Below, piece after piece: positions 48,838-61,904 of a stretch of DNA of 64,000 nucleotides; the first letter of the stretch is position 1, and the number at the start of each line of letters is the position of its first letter. Source of the stretch: Ranitomeya imitator (lineage: Eukaryota). A program made the position numbers and the translations under genes. The stretch covers positions 510,322,001 through 510,386,000 of the forward strand of contig NC_091283.1 of the NCBI RefSeq assembly GCF_032444005.1, read 5' to 3'. The notes under the pieces are model-generated. The model saw only the letters and a program-made list of their open reading frames with translations, searched no databases and was not told where the DNA came from.

Positions 48838-50425
48838 CAGGGCCGGCGTTAGAGGCAAGCAGACCAGGCAGTCGCCTAGGGCCCCCACTCATCCAGTGGT
48901 CCCCAGCTATAGGGCCCCTGAGTAAGAGGGGCCTGGCGCTGCCCCCACACATCGCGCATTCTACTTATCAGCCGATACAGTTGAAAGCAGCCATGGAGGA
49001 CAGAGTGTCATGTGATGCTCCCTCTCCCATCAGTCCCACTCCACCCTGACTCAGCGTGTGCCAGCAGTGGAGCTGATGAGATGCTGAGATGCTCTGCAGA
49101 AGCCAGCGAGGGAACAAGGAGCAAAGGTAAGTATTGTGTGTATGTGTGTCTGCTGTACGATACTGTATGTGGGGGTACTGCACTATACTGTGCTGTGTGT
49201 GTGACTGCTGCACTATAATACGTGTGGGGGACTGCACTACAGTATAGTGTGTGTGGGGGCTGCATTATACTGTGTATGTTGGGGGCTGCATTTTACTGTG
49301 TTGGGAGACTGCACTATAGTTTGTGAGTAAGAGGCTGCATTATACTGTGTGGGGGGCTGCATTACACTGTGTGAGGGGGGTGCATTATACAGTGTGTATG
49401 TGGGGGGCTGCACTATACTGTGTGCGGGGACTGCACTTTACTGTGTGTGGGGGGCTGCAATATACTGTTTGTGGGGAGGGGCTGAATTATACTGTGCGTG
49501 TGGGGCACTGCATTATACTCTGAAAGGACCTGCATTATACTGTGTGTGGGGGGCTGCATTATACTGTGTGTGAGAGGGGGCTGTACTATCACGTGTGAGT
49601 TTGTGGGAGAGCTAAATTATACTGTGTGGGGGGTTGCATTACAGTATGTGTGTGAGGCTGCATTATACTCTGAGGGTGCTGCTTTATACTCATGGGGGCT
49701 GCATTATACTGTGTGTGGGGCTGCATCATACTCTGATGGGGCTGCACTATACTGTGTGTGGGGAGCTGCATTGTATTTTGGGGGGCTGCATTATGCTCTA
49801 TGAGGGGACTACATTATACTCTATGAGAAGGGCTGCAGTATACTCTATCAAGGACCATGGGGAGTGCAGTTTGCTATATGTACCATCTGTACCAAATATT
49901 CTTCCTCAGCCAGAGTAAGGGTAGGTGCAGATGGTCAGTAAATGATGCGGGTTGGACACTGCGTACTTGTGCAGCGCCCAGATGTTACAGCATAGTGGAT
50001 GGGAGTTCAAGAAATCCATTGCCCACTATACGTGCACAGATGGCCGCAGCTCACCCGTGGAGATGGACAAGCAGCGCATCTTTCCAGACTGCAGCATGTC
50101 TATTTATCTCACCCATACAATGTATAGGACTTGGTGTATCCGCTCGGTTCAATGAACATATGCGGATTCACCTGCGTTCAATAGCCAGCAGCGCTTTGGA
50201 CGCAGCGGACATGTGCCAATTACTGAAGGTGTGCACCTACCTTATAGAGGCTGGGAAACAAGCGTTGAATAACTTCAATATTGTCGATCGCGCTCGTTTA
50301 CCGGCCTGAACTTAGCGTTTATAAATACAACAGAAATGTTTCTGTGTGATGGTGCAATATGTGAGCATTTGGGGCCCCATTTTAAACTTTTGCCCGGGGC
50401 CCTACTTATTCTAAAACCGGCCATG
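48838..50425. mobile_element. Non-autonomous hAT element with an internal about 23-bp minisatellite
   Basis: CTGACAGG|CAGGGCCGG...CCGGCCATG|GTGACAGG (8-bp TSD, 7/8 match); repeats of GCATTATACTGTGTGTGGGGGCT at about 49160-49850. Confidence 0.85.
49919..50242. mobile_element. Harbinger-type MITE nested in the hAT element
   Basis: TAA|GGGTAGGTGCA...TGCACCTACC|TTA; homologous to 6534-6871. Confidence 0.75.
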
Positions 50426-51060
50426 GTGACAGGTTCAACTTTAATGAAATTCTCGTGCTCCGAGGCAAGACTGTGGGTGGGTGTTTATTTCATGCTTGTT
50501 TTCATATTCATCCTTATGGGCTAATGACAGTTCACTAATCCTTCAGTGTCCTGTCTCCTGTTTTACATAATGCATATATGTGTGATGGCTTTGTAAAAAA
50601 AAAAAAGTAAATACAGCAAAAAGCCGGTGGCGCAAGTGCAGCAGCATCTATCGATAGATGCTACTGCGCAAGTGTAGCTGCCGGTCCCATTTTGCCGCTG
50701 CCAATTTTTTTTCCTTCAGAAAAATAGCACTTATCACTTGCTGGAGGCACATGCACAGTACTATCTATCGCTTGCCGATTTTCTGGAGGGAAAATTTTTT
50801 AAGCTGCAGAAAAATCGCTGTCGGCGCTTGCGCAGTAGCATTTCTTGGCAAGTGATAGATGATAATGCACATGCGCCGCTGTTAAGCAAGAGATGATATT
50901 GCGCAAGCGCCGTCACCATATTGCTGGAGAGGAAAAAAATGGCTGCAGCAAAATGGTTATAACTAATCAAAACCCCCATGTATGTACTGTACTAGAAAGA
51001 AAATAGAGGAACAAACCAAAATAACGTATCTTTAAAATTAAATAATTTATTTAACATATA

Positions 51061-53441
51061 CAGTACAGACCAAAAGTTTGGACACACCTTTTTCTGTATT
51101 TTCATGACTATGAAAATTGTAAATTCACACGGAAGGCATCAAAACTATGAATTAATACATATGGAATTATATACTTAACAAAAAAGTGTGAAACAACTGA
51201 AAATATGTCTTATATTTTGGGTTCTTCAAAGTAGCCACCTTTTGCTTTGATGACTGCTTTGCACACTCTTGGCATTCTCTTGATGAGCTTCAAGAGGTAG
51301 TCACCGTAAATGGTCTTCCAACAATCTTGAAGGAGTTCCAGAGATGCTTAGCACTTGTTGGCTCATTTGCCTTCACGCTGCGGTCCAGCTCACCCCAAAC
51401 CATCTCGATTGGATTCAGGTCTGGTGACTGTGGAGGCCAGGTCATCTGGCATAGCACCCCATCAGTCTCCTTCTTGGTCAAATAGCCCTTACACAGCCTG
51501 GAGGTGTGTTTGGGGTCATTGTCCTGTTGAAAAATAAATGATGGTCCAACTAAACGCAAACCAGATGGAATAGTGTTGTGAATTCTGCTCTTGGGTTCCC
51601 TCCAGTGGTTGTTGGTGGGAATGCAGTTGTCTCTGACTCGCAGTCCTGGCCTGGTGTTTCGGATAAATACAATTATGACTGGGATATTTAGGTGTTCAGG
51701 ATCCTTTAGCCCTTGCCAGTTGTCAATGTTTCTTTGGAAGTATTGGATCTCTGCCTGGCCTCTCCTGCTTATCTGCCAGTTCAGCAAAGATAAGTGTCTG
51801 TTTCTTTTCCTGTGGCACACATGCAGTGTGCTTATTTTCAGTACTGTTTGTTTGTTTGTCTTTTGTCCAGTTTAGACTGTGTCTGTGTTTTCTCAGTCTG
51901 GTTGGTTTCACTGGAGTTGCAGATATATGCTCCTACATCTTTAGTTAGATGTAGGAAGTTTTTTGTATATTCTGCTGTGGATTTTTGAAGGGTTTTTTAC
52001 TGACCGCACAGAACTCTGTCCTATCCTGTCCTATACAGCTAGAGTGGCCTCCTGTGCTAAATCCTGTTTTTTCTGCCTGTGTATGTTTTTTCCTCTCCGA
52101 CTCACCGCCAATATCTGTGGGGGGCTGTCTATCCTTTGGGGATTTTCTCTGAGGCAAGACAGTATTCCGATTTCCATCTTTAGGGGTAGTTAGATCTTAG
52201 GCTGTGTCGAGGGGTCTAGGTGTGTTAGGTACACTCCACGGCTACTTCTAGTTGCGGTGTTTAGTTCAGGTTTGCGGTCAGTATAGTGGCCACTTTCTCC
52301 AGTGAAAGTTCCCATGCAGCTCCAAGGTCACCGGATCATAACAGAATAGCATGCCATTGCAAGATGCTGTGGTAGCCATGCTTGTTCAGTATGCCTTCAA
52401 TTTTGAATAAATCCCCAACAGTGTCACCAGCAAAGCACCCCCACACCATCACACCTCCTCCTCCATGCTTCACGGTGGGAACCATGCATGTACAGTCCAT
52501 CCGTTCACCTTTTCTGCGTCGCACAAACACACGGTGGTTGGAATCAAAGATCTCAAATTTGGACTCATCAGACCAAAGCACAGATTTCCACTGGTCTAAT
52601 GTCCATTCCTTGTGTTCTTTAGCCCAAACAAGTCTCTTCTGCTTGTTGCCTGTCCTTAGCAGTGGTTTCCTAGCAGATATTTTACCATGAAGGCCTGCTG
52701 CACAAAGTCTCCTCTTAACAGTTGTTGTAGAGATGTGTCTGCTGCTAGAATTCTGTGTGGCATTGACCTGGTCTCTAATCTGAGCTGCTGTTAACCTGCG
52801 ATTTCTGAGGCTGGTGACTCGGATAAACTTATCCCCAGAAGCAGAGGTGACTCTTGGTCTTCCTATCCTGGTGCGGTTCTCATGTGAGCCAGTTTCTTTG
52901 TATCGCTTGATGGTTTTTGCAACTGCATTTGGGGACAATTTCAAAGTTTTCCCAATTTTTCAGACTGACTGACCTTCATCTCTTAAAGTAATGATGGCCA
53001 CTCATTTTTCTTTACTTAGAATTTGTATTATGGCAAGAAAAAAAGCAGCTAACAGTCTATTCAGTAGGACCATCTGCTGTGTATCCACCAGACTTCTGCT
53101 CAACACAACTGATGGTCCCAACCCCATTTATAAGGCAAGAAATCCCACTTACCTGACAGGGCACACCTGTGAAGTGAAAACCATTTCCGGTGACTACCTC
53201 TTGAAGCTCATCAAGAGAATGCCAATAGTGTGCAAAGCAGTCATCAAAGCAAAAGGTGGCTACTTTGAAGAACCTAGAATATAAGACATATTTTCAGTTG
53301 TTTCACACTTTGTTAAGTATATAATTCCACATGTGTTAATTCATAGTTTTGATGCCTTCCGTGTGAATTTACAATTTTCATAGTCATGAAAATATAGAAA
53401 AATCTTTAAATGAGGTGTGTCCAAACTTTTGGTCTGTACTG
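51061..53441 (-). mobile_element. Tc1-like transposon with long (about 220-bp) TIRs, interrupted by a solo LTR
   Basis: TA|CAGTACAGACCAAAAGTTTGGACACACC...GGTGTGTCCAAACTTTTGGTCTGTACTG|TA; minus-strand [53 protein letters not shown]. Confidence 0.93.
51574..52343 (+). mobile_element. Solo LTR related to the chromovirus LTR at 53885-54678
   Basis: GAATAG|TGTTGTGAATTCTG...ATCATAACA|GAATAG; shares start and internal segments with the neighbouring LTR. Confidence 0.9.
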
Positions 53442-53884
53442 TAAATATTAAAATTAAAACAAGGGAATATCACAAAATTATTGAGGGTCATACAGAGACC
53501 AGGAATTATGAATAATTGGACATATATAATAATGATAAATTCCAAAGAACACCTAATCAATTTTAAATATCCCACCATCAACACTCAATAGAAAATGCTC
53601 AATGCCAAAATCTTTGTTGTGGTAATCAGATAATTAGAAATGTAAAATGCCTAGTGCAAATAGGTGCATTCGTAAAGGCGCTTGCCCATGTGTAAACGCT
53701 ATCATATTACTTACATACAGTATTATCCTTGTGTCCGTACCCTCAAAACCCCGACAGCGCAATTTCGCCGTAATGGCTTCCTCAACAGGGGCATGTGTGC
53801 ATGCAGCCAGCTCCATTTTGCTGTAGTTAAAAAAAAAATTCAAAGCCACCACACACATATGCAGTATGTAGAACAGTAGGCAGG

Positions 53885-54678
53885 TGTTATGGACCTGGTG
53901 GTTAGGAGCACCAGGAACGACCTGATGGTTAAACTCACACAAGACAAGCTCTGGGAAGTGGGAACTCTGCTGACCGCAACCCCTAATCCTATCACACAAC
54001 TAGAAATAGCCGTGGAGCGTACCTAACACGGCCTAGATGCCTCTTCACAGCCTAAGAGCTAACTAGCCCTAGAAATAGAAAATAAAGCCTACCTTGCCTC
54101 AGAGAAATTCCCCAAAGGAAAAGGCAGCCCCCCACATATATTGACTGTGAGTAAAGATGAAAGTCACAAACACAGAAATGAAACAGGTTTCAGCAAAGAG
54201 AGGCCCGACTTACTAAACAGACTGAGGATAGGAAAGGTATCTTTGCGGTCAGCACAAAAAACTACAAAAAGACCACGCAGAGTGTTGAAAAAGACCTCCG
54301 CACCGACTCACGGTGCGGAGGTGCCACTCTGCATCCCAGAGCTTCCAGCTAGCAAAACAAAATCATGATAGCAAGCTGGACCAGAAAACAATTAACAAAT
54401 AATAACTAGCAGGGACTTAGCTTCTGCTGGAGTAGACAGGTCACCAGAAAGATCCAAGAGCGAAATGAACCAGTACAAGAACATTGACAGCTGGCATGGA
54501 GTAACGATCTGAGTGGAGTTAAATAGAGCAGCCAGCCAACGAATAAACTCCGTCACCTGTGGAAGGAACCTCAGAAGCAGCAGCACCACTCACAGCCACC
54601 AGAGGGAGTCCATGGACAGAACTCGCCGAAGTACCATTCATGACCACAGGAGGGAGTTCGATAACAGAATTCACAACA
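53885..54678 (-). repeat. 3' LTR of the chromovirus (794 bp)
   Basis: Minus strand TGTTGTGAATTCTG...CCATAACA; PPT immediately upstream. Confidence 0.88.
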
Positions 54679-57174
54679 GTACCCCCCCTTGAGGAGGGGT
54701 CACCGAACCCTCACCAGAGCCCCCAGGCCGATCAGGACGAGCCAAATGAAAGGCACGAACTAGATCGGCAGCATGAACATCAGAGGCAAAAACCCAGGAA
54801 TTATCTTCCTGACCATAACCCTTCCACTTGACCAGGTACTGGAGCTTCCGTCTCGAAATACGAGAATCCAAAATCTTCTCCACCACATACTCCAACTCCC
54901 CCTCGACCAACACCGGGACAGGAGGATCAACGGAGGGAACCATAGGCGCCACGTATCTCCGCAATAACGACCTATGGAACACATTATGGATGGCAAAAGA
55001 AGCTGGAAGGGCCAAATGAAATGACACAGGATCGAGAACTTCAGAAATCTTATACGGACCAATGAAACGAGGCTTAAACTTAGGAGAGGAAACCTACATA
55101 AGAACATGACGAGACGACAACTAAACCAAATCCCCAACACGAAGTCGGGGACCAACACAGCACCGGCGGTTAGCGAAACGTTGAGCCTTCTCCTGGGACA
55201 ATGTCAAATTATCCACCACATGAGTCCAAATCTGCTGCAACCTGTCCACCACAGTATCCACACCAGGACAGTCCGAAGACTCAACCTGCCCTGAAGAGAA
55301 ATGAGGATGGAAACCAGAATTACAGAAAAAGGGCGAAACCAAAGTAGCCGAGCTGGCCCGATTATTAAGGGCGAACTCAGCCAAAGGCAAGAAGGACACC
55401 CAATCATCCTGATCAGCAGAAACAAAGCATCTCAGATATGTTTCCAAAGTCTGATTAGTTCGTTCGGTTTGGCCATTTGTCTGAGGATGGAAAGCCGAAG
55501 AAAAAGACAAATCAATGCCCATCTTAGCACAAAAGGACCGCCAAAACCTCGAAACGAACTGGGAACCTCTGTCCGAAACGATGTTCTCCGGAATGCCATG
55601 CAAACGAACCACATGCTGGAAAAACAATGGCACCAAATCAGAGGAGGAAGGCAATTTAGACAAGGGTACCAAATGGACCATCTTAGAGAAGCGATCACAA
55701 ACCACCCAAATGACTGACATCCTTTGAAAGACAGGGAGATCTGAAATAAAATCCATGGAAATATGCGTCCAGGGCCTCTTCGGGACCGGCAAGGGCAAGA
55801 GCAACCCACTGGCACGAGAACAGCAGGGCTTAGCCCGAGCACAAGTCCCACAGGACTGCACAAAAGAACGCACATCCCGTGACAAAGAAGGCCACCGAAA
55901 GGATCTAGCCACCAAATCTCTGGTACCAAAGATTCCTGGATGACCCGCTAACACCGAACAATGAACCTCAGAGATAACTCTACTAGTCCATCTATCAGGG
56001 ACAAACAGTTTCTCCGCTGGACAACGGTCAGGTCTATCAGCCTGAAATTTCTGCAGCACACGCCGCAAATCAGGGGAGATGGCAGACAAAATTACCCCCT
56101 CTTTGAGAATACCTGCTGGCTCAGGAACATCCGGAGAGTCAGGCACAAAACTCCTTGACAGGGCATCAGCCTTCACATTCTTAGAGCCCGGAAGGTACGA
56201 AACCACAAAATCGAAACGGGAGAAAAACAGCGACCATCGAGCCTGTCTAGGATTCAACCGTTTGGCAGACTCGAGATAAGTCAAATTCTTGTGATCGGGA
56301 AGACCACTACGCGATGCTTGGCTTCTTCAAGCCAATGTCGCCACTCCTCGAATGCCCACTTCATGGCCAACAATTCTCGATTGCCAACATCATAATTGCG
56401 CTCAGCAGGTGAAAATTTTCTAGAAAAGAAGGCACATGGTTTCATCACCGAGCAATCAGAACTTCTCTGCGACAAAACAGCCCCTGCTCCAATCTCAGAA
56501 GCATCAACCTCGACCTGAAACGGAAGTGAAACATCTGGCTGGCACAACACAGGGGCAGAAGAAAAACGACGCTTCAACTCCTGAAAAGCCTCTACAGCCG
56601 CAGAGGACCAATTGACCACATCAGCACCTTTCTTGGTCAAATCAGTCAACGGTTTAGCAACACTCGAAAAATTAGCGATGAAGCGACGGTAAAAATTAGC
56701 AAAGCCCAGGAACTTCTGCAGGCTCTTCACAGATGTCGGCTGAGTCCAATCATAAATGCCCTGAACTTTAACAGGGTCCATCTCGATAGTAGAAGGTGAA
56801 AAAATGAAACCCAAAAATGAAACCTTCTGAACTCCAAAGAGACACTTTGACCCCTTCACAAACAAGGAATTCACACGAAGGACCTGGAACACCATTCTGA
56901 CCTGCCTCACATGAGACCATGAGACTCCCAATCATCCGAAAAGACCAAAATATCATCCAAATACACAATCATGAATCTATCCAGGTACTCTCGGAAGATG
57001 TCATGCATAAAGGACTGAAACACAGATGGAGCATTAGAAAGCCCGAATGGCATAACCAGGTACTCAAAATGGCCCTCGGGCGTATTAAATGCTGTTTTCC
57101 ATTCATCGCCCTTTTTAATTCGCACAAGATTATACACCCCTCGAAGATCTATCTTGGTGAACCAACTAGCCCCC
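54671..57174 (-). pseudogene. Chromovirus pol remnant: RT, RNase H, integrase, chromodomain
   Basis: FKTAF-like [52 protein letters not shown]...CGTC, PWTHISMDF, YVVEKILDSR...YLVKWKGYGQEDNSW; several frameshifts. Confidence 0.9.
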
Positions 57175-57728
57175 TTAGGCTAGGTTCACATTGCGCTAGG
57201 TGACTCCGTCTAACGGACACGTTTTTAAGTAGTTAAAACGCAATGTAACGCACATACTAACGCGCCCATAGACTTGCATTGTCTGACGCATCATGACGCA
57301 TCCCTAAATTGGTATGCGTTTGTCACATAACGTTTTTTTTCTGACGGACCTTGAACGCGGCTTGCAGCGTTTTCGGGTCCGGCCAAGCTAACGCAATACT
57401 AACGGAAGCGTTCATTCTGCCATAGAAGGCTATGGCAAACGCAGTCAGACGCAAATCATAAAAAATTTCCAAATAGGACCACACGTTTTAATAGCGTTTG
57501 AGGGTGGTCACATGTGGTCATGTGACAGGAAATGTGATTTCAGCCAAATGAGGAGTATCCCACCCACACATTTCTCCTGAGGCCTACTGCACGTGACAGA
57601 GTGTTGCAAGAGATCACAGGAAATGTAAGTATATTTCTATATATTATATATCTCTGTATACATCATGGGAGTCTGTAATGTCCGTCGGATGTGTGTATAC
57701 TAAAAATGTATTGCTTTGTTGCACGCAG

Positions 57729-59942
57729 ATGTCGGATACTGATGTCAGCAGCAGCAGCAGCGTGTCAGCGGTGTTTTCATCGCAATCGGTAGGCTTGCAC
57801 TTTAAAAAACCACAATAATGTTGTGTGAAACTCCATTGCATTGAGCTAAGCACGTAATAAAAATCATGTTTTTATTGTGAATAGGAGTCTTCTGAGCCCG
57901 AGGCTGCTAGACCTCCCCCCCAAAAACAGGCAAAAACCACAAAGGTTCATAGCACACATTTTGACTTTTTCAGGCATAAATTTATTGATCCAATGAATGT
58001 TAATTTTTTTTACATTTAATTTTTTTTACATTTTACATACACAATAGGTTGTGGCACACGGAGGACACAAAAGAAAGAAGGTCCCTAGCTGTCTGTCGTC
58101 GCCACAACTGCCAGTGGTAAATATAAAACTAGAAATATTCTATCCAATATTTATCAACAATCTATCTATTCACTTTCTATCTACTATATCTATAAACTAT
58201 CTATCAACTATCTATCGCTCCATTTATCTATCTATATCTATGTATCTATCTATCGCTATATCTATGTATCTATCTATCGCTATATCTATGTATCTATCTA
58301 TCGCTATATCTATTTATCTATCTATCGCTATATCTATGTATCTATCTATCGCTATATCTATGTATCTATCTATCTATATCTATGTATCTATCTATCGCTA
58401 TATCTATGTATCTATCTATATGTATCCATCGCTATATCTATGTATCTATCTATCGCTATATCTATGTATCTATCTATCTATATCTATGTATCTATCGCTA
58501 TATCTATGTATCTATCTATCGCTATATCTATGTATCTATGTATCCATCTATCTCTGTATATATGAATATGGGCATCCAGTAAAATTGTCACTATCAACAT
58601 AACGTTTTGTGTTTACATAGTCCAAGTCAGCAACCAAAAAAAAAAGAATTGTCGTTGACGAAGAGCCATTGACTATTCACAACGAGACACTGATCAACCT
58701 TGTGGAAGCCAACCCCTCCATATGGGACCAAAGCGACAGCTCCCACCATGACATTGTGAAGAACCGCAAGTTGTGGGATCAAATTATTTGTCACTTTGAT
58801 CCCCGATACATGGAGAAGTCGACAACCTCAAAGAAAAAAATTGGTAAATATTGGTGACGTTACATCGAAAAATGTGAAAAAAAAAAAAAAAAATTCTATC
58901 CTATCAACCTATCCACTTGTTGTCTGCTATCTATCTCTCAATTATCAACTATCTGTACACTATATATCTATCTATACACTATTTCTAAACTATTTCTCTA
59001 TTATCTAACAACTATCTATATACTATTTATATATCAACTATCGTAAAAAACTATGAACAATTTTTCATATATCTTCAAACTATCTATCTATTTTTATATA
59101 TATATTTTTTTTTTAATTTAAAGCCGATGCTGTCCATATCCGTTGGAAGTCCATCCGCGATCGCTTTGTCCGTGACTACCGGAACAGTCAGAATGCACCA
59201 AGCGGATCAGGTGGCAAACGGGTGACACCGTATGTGCATTACGACCAATTGCTCTTCCTTCAAAAAACATTGTCTCAGCGCTCGTAAGTAGAAATAGGTC
59301 TGTGTGCGAGACATATTTGTTTAAAGGAAAATAATTAATTTTTTTTTGTGGTTTTACAGCACGGTATGCAGTACCGCTGCGCCTAGACCAGCAGAGGAAC
59401 TGGAGCCTTCTCCAGTGGAACCAACCCAACCTGAAGATGTGTCTGGCATCAGCGAGCCACGATCTGTGGATAGAAGCACTGTTGCTGCAGGTGTGAGTGC
59501 CCGGTTGCAATCACAGCGTGGACGCAAGCGAGCATCACAAAAAGATGAAGCTGATGCAATTATCGTCGATGGACTCCAACGGGTAGAGGACATGTGTCGC
59601 AGTGAGCTCAAAGACCTGAGGAGGGAAATTACCGAGCTGCAAGCCCGCGAGCCTGTATACTCTGCTAATGAGTGGAAGCTACTTTTCTTGTCCTATGTGC
59701 CTGTAGCACAAAATATCCCGGCACATAGAAACCTTATGTTTAGACAAAGACTGAACGACCTTCTTGAGGAATTTGTGGGCCCCCAGGAACCCGCTCCATC
59801 GGGAACAAGAAGAATGGACATGCCGGCCTACAACCCTCAATATAGAGGCCAGGGTGAAATGAGCGTGGAACCTCATAGACAATGTAGCAGTCCATCATAC
59901 AGTTGGGCAGACAATACGCCCGTGCAGTACCAAAGTCTTTAG
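57729..59942 (+). CDS. Harbinger Myb/SANT-like (MADF) DNA-binding protein, 5 coding exons, about 364 aa
   Basis: Phase-consistent exons 57729-57788, 58048-58116, 58621-58843, 59124-59283, 59360-59942, all GT-AG; LINLVEANPSIWDQ...LWDQI...RWKSIRDRFVRD...YDQLLFL; first two exons less certain. Confidence 0.8.
58150..58560. repeat. TATC-rich microsatellite/24-bp minisatellite in the MADF intron
   Basis: Repeats of TATCTATGTATCTATCTATCGCTA. Confidence 0.9.
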
Positions 59943-60271
59943 TACTGTTCAGTGTCCCCAGCCAGGTGCAATTACCGCGTTGCAAGTTTTGTTTTTTCTT
60001 TTTTTTTTTTAAATTTCTATTTTCCTTTGGTGTTCATCCCTATGGGATATCATATGTTAAACCTGTCTACCAACAGTTTGTTGGCAAAATCCATAACCAT
60101 TTAGTAAACTGTTTCAAATTTAAGATTCTTGTATTACTTAAACTTTTAACACAACATAACTTTTTACACGACATAAGGTAACTTTTTACACGACATCAGG
60201 TTAAACAACATAACTTTTTACACGACATAAGGTAACTTTTTACACGACATCAGGAAGACTTTAAATTATTT

Positions 60272-61147
60272 TCACACGTATCTGTCTTGCCATGGAACAT
60301 GGCCTTCATGTGTGAAGTAATGTGCAAATTGATCACGAATCCTCATTATTTGTGCTGTAGACCGAACTGCATTCGATTCAATGCTAATGAGGTTCGACTC
60401 ACAATCATCGGGGTCTACCACCTGGGGTTCATGTCTCGCCACAAAATTATGCAAACAGATGCACGCCTTCACAACACGGTCCACATTTTCTGGTTGCAGT
60501 TGCATGCAGGTTAGTAAAATCCACCATTTTAATGTCAAAATCCCAAAGGCACACTCCACATAACGTCTTGCCCGGCTCAAGCGATAATTAAAAATGCGCC
60601 TGGTGGAGTCTAGACTACGGCTTGAGTACGGCTTGAGGAGATTTTGTCCGAGTTGGAACGCCTCATCACCAACTAAAACATAGGGCAAAGTTGGGCCTTC
60701 GGTCCCCGGAAGAGGTCGTGATGAGGGTATGTTGAAACTTTGGCTGTACAAACATCGGCCCATGTTGGAGTCTCTGAAGACTCTGGAATCGTTAGTCCGG
60801 CCATAAGCACCAATATCCACAGCAACAAAACGGTACCTGGCATCCGCCATCGCCATCAATACTATAGAAAAGTATTTCTTATAGTTATAGTAGAGGGATC
60901 CACTATGCGCAGGTTTCTGAATCCGAATGTGCTTGCCGTCCACGGCACCAATACAATTGGGGAAATTAGCCACATCCTCGAACTGTTGGGAAATCGCTAG
61001 CCACATTTCTGATGTTGGTGTTGGTAGCACAAGTGGTTGCAAGTTGTTCCAAATGGCATCACAAGTTTCCCGAACAAGTTGGCAAATTGTTGACTTCCCA
61101 AGTCTAAACTGATAATGCATTTCAAAAAACCTGATCTGCACATCCAA
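60272..61147 (-). CDS. Harbinger (HARBI1-like) DDE transposase; N-terminus replaced by satellite sequence
   Basis: HYQFRLGKSTI, FPNCIGAVDGKHIRI, YYNYKKYFSIVL, YVLVGDEAF, FNYRLSRARRYVECAFGIL; open 291 aa. Confidence 0.9.
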   Translation of the reverse strand: MDVQIRFFEMHYQFRLGKSTICQLVRETCDAIWNNLQPLVLPTPTSEMWLAISQQFEDVANFPNCIGAVDGKHIRIQKPAHSGSLYYNYKKYFSIVLMAMADARYRFVAVDIGAYGRTNDSRVFRDSNMGRCLYSQSFNIPSSRPLPGTEGPTLPYVLVGDEAFQLGQNLLKPYSSRSLDSTRRIFNYRLSRARRYVECAFGILTLKWWILLTCMQLQPENVDRVVKACICLHNFVARHEPQVVDPDDCESNLISIESNAVRSTAQIMRIRDQFAHYFTHEGHVPWQDRYV

Positions 61148-61903
61148 ACATAGACACAGTGTGAACAGGTGCTGAACCCAGAGTCGCCAACTCGTATATA
61201 TTTAAGTAAATAGGGCAGCACACTGCAGCGCCAAAACATGCAAACTTGAAAACACAAAATTTGAACTGCATTACTGCACTGAAAATATGAAAAATGAGAG
61301 CTTTTAGCGCATAAAAATGGCCAATTTTATGTGTACCTCGTAGCCACGATAAGGCATCTCTCTTATACGAGGCCCTACGCTTGACCTACCTCTCTGAGAA
61401 TAAACGTCTCCATCTGAATGGGTACATGTGAAACCTCTCCTTGGACTCAAATTCTCTCTCACTGTGGAGGGGTATTGGACCTATTATAATTAAAACACCT
61501 GAAGCTAGGAGGCGGGGAGTGCACGATCAGAAGGCTAGAGAATACATTTCAAAAAACCTGATCTGCACATCCAAACATAGACACAGTGTGAACAGGTGCT
61601 GAACCCAGAGTCGCCAACTCGTATATATTTAAGTAAATAGGGCAGCACACTGCAGCGCCAAAACATGCAAACTTGAAAACACAAAATTTGAACTGCATTA
61701 CTGCACTGAAAATATGAAAAATGAGAGCTTTTAGCGCATAAAAATGGCCAATTTTATGTGTACCTCGTAGCCACGATAAGGCATCTCTCTTATACGAGGC
61801 CCTACGCTTGACCTACCTCTCTGAGAATAAACGTCTCCATCTGAATGGGTACATGTGAAACCTCTCCTTGGACTCAAATTCTCTCTCACTGTGGAGGGGT
61901 ATT
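61118..61903 (+). repeat. 427-bp tandem repeat, orientation A (about 1.8 units)
   Basis: CATTTCAAAAAACCTGATC at 61118 and 61545. Confidence 0.95.
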
Positions 61904-61904
61904 A

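Larger units (their letters stand above)
53885..57177 (-). mobile_element. Chromodomain-bearing Gypsy (chromovirus), 3' part only, frameshifted
   Basis: 3' LTR 53885-54678, PPT AAGGGGGGGTAC, pol fragments; 5' part cut by the Harbinger at 57178. Confidence 0.92.
57178..61118. mobile_element. PIF/Harbinger transposon with convergent MADF and transposase genes (second end not in window)
   Basis: TTA|GGCTAGGTTCACATTGCG terminus; two head-on genes typical of autonomous Harbingers. Confidence 0.9.
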
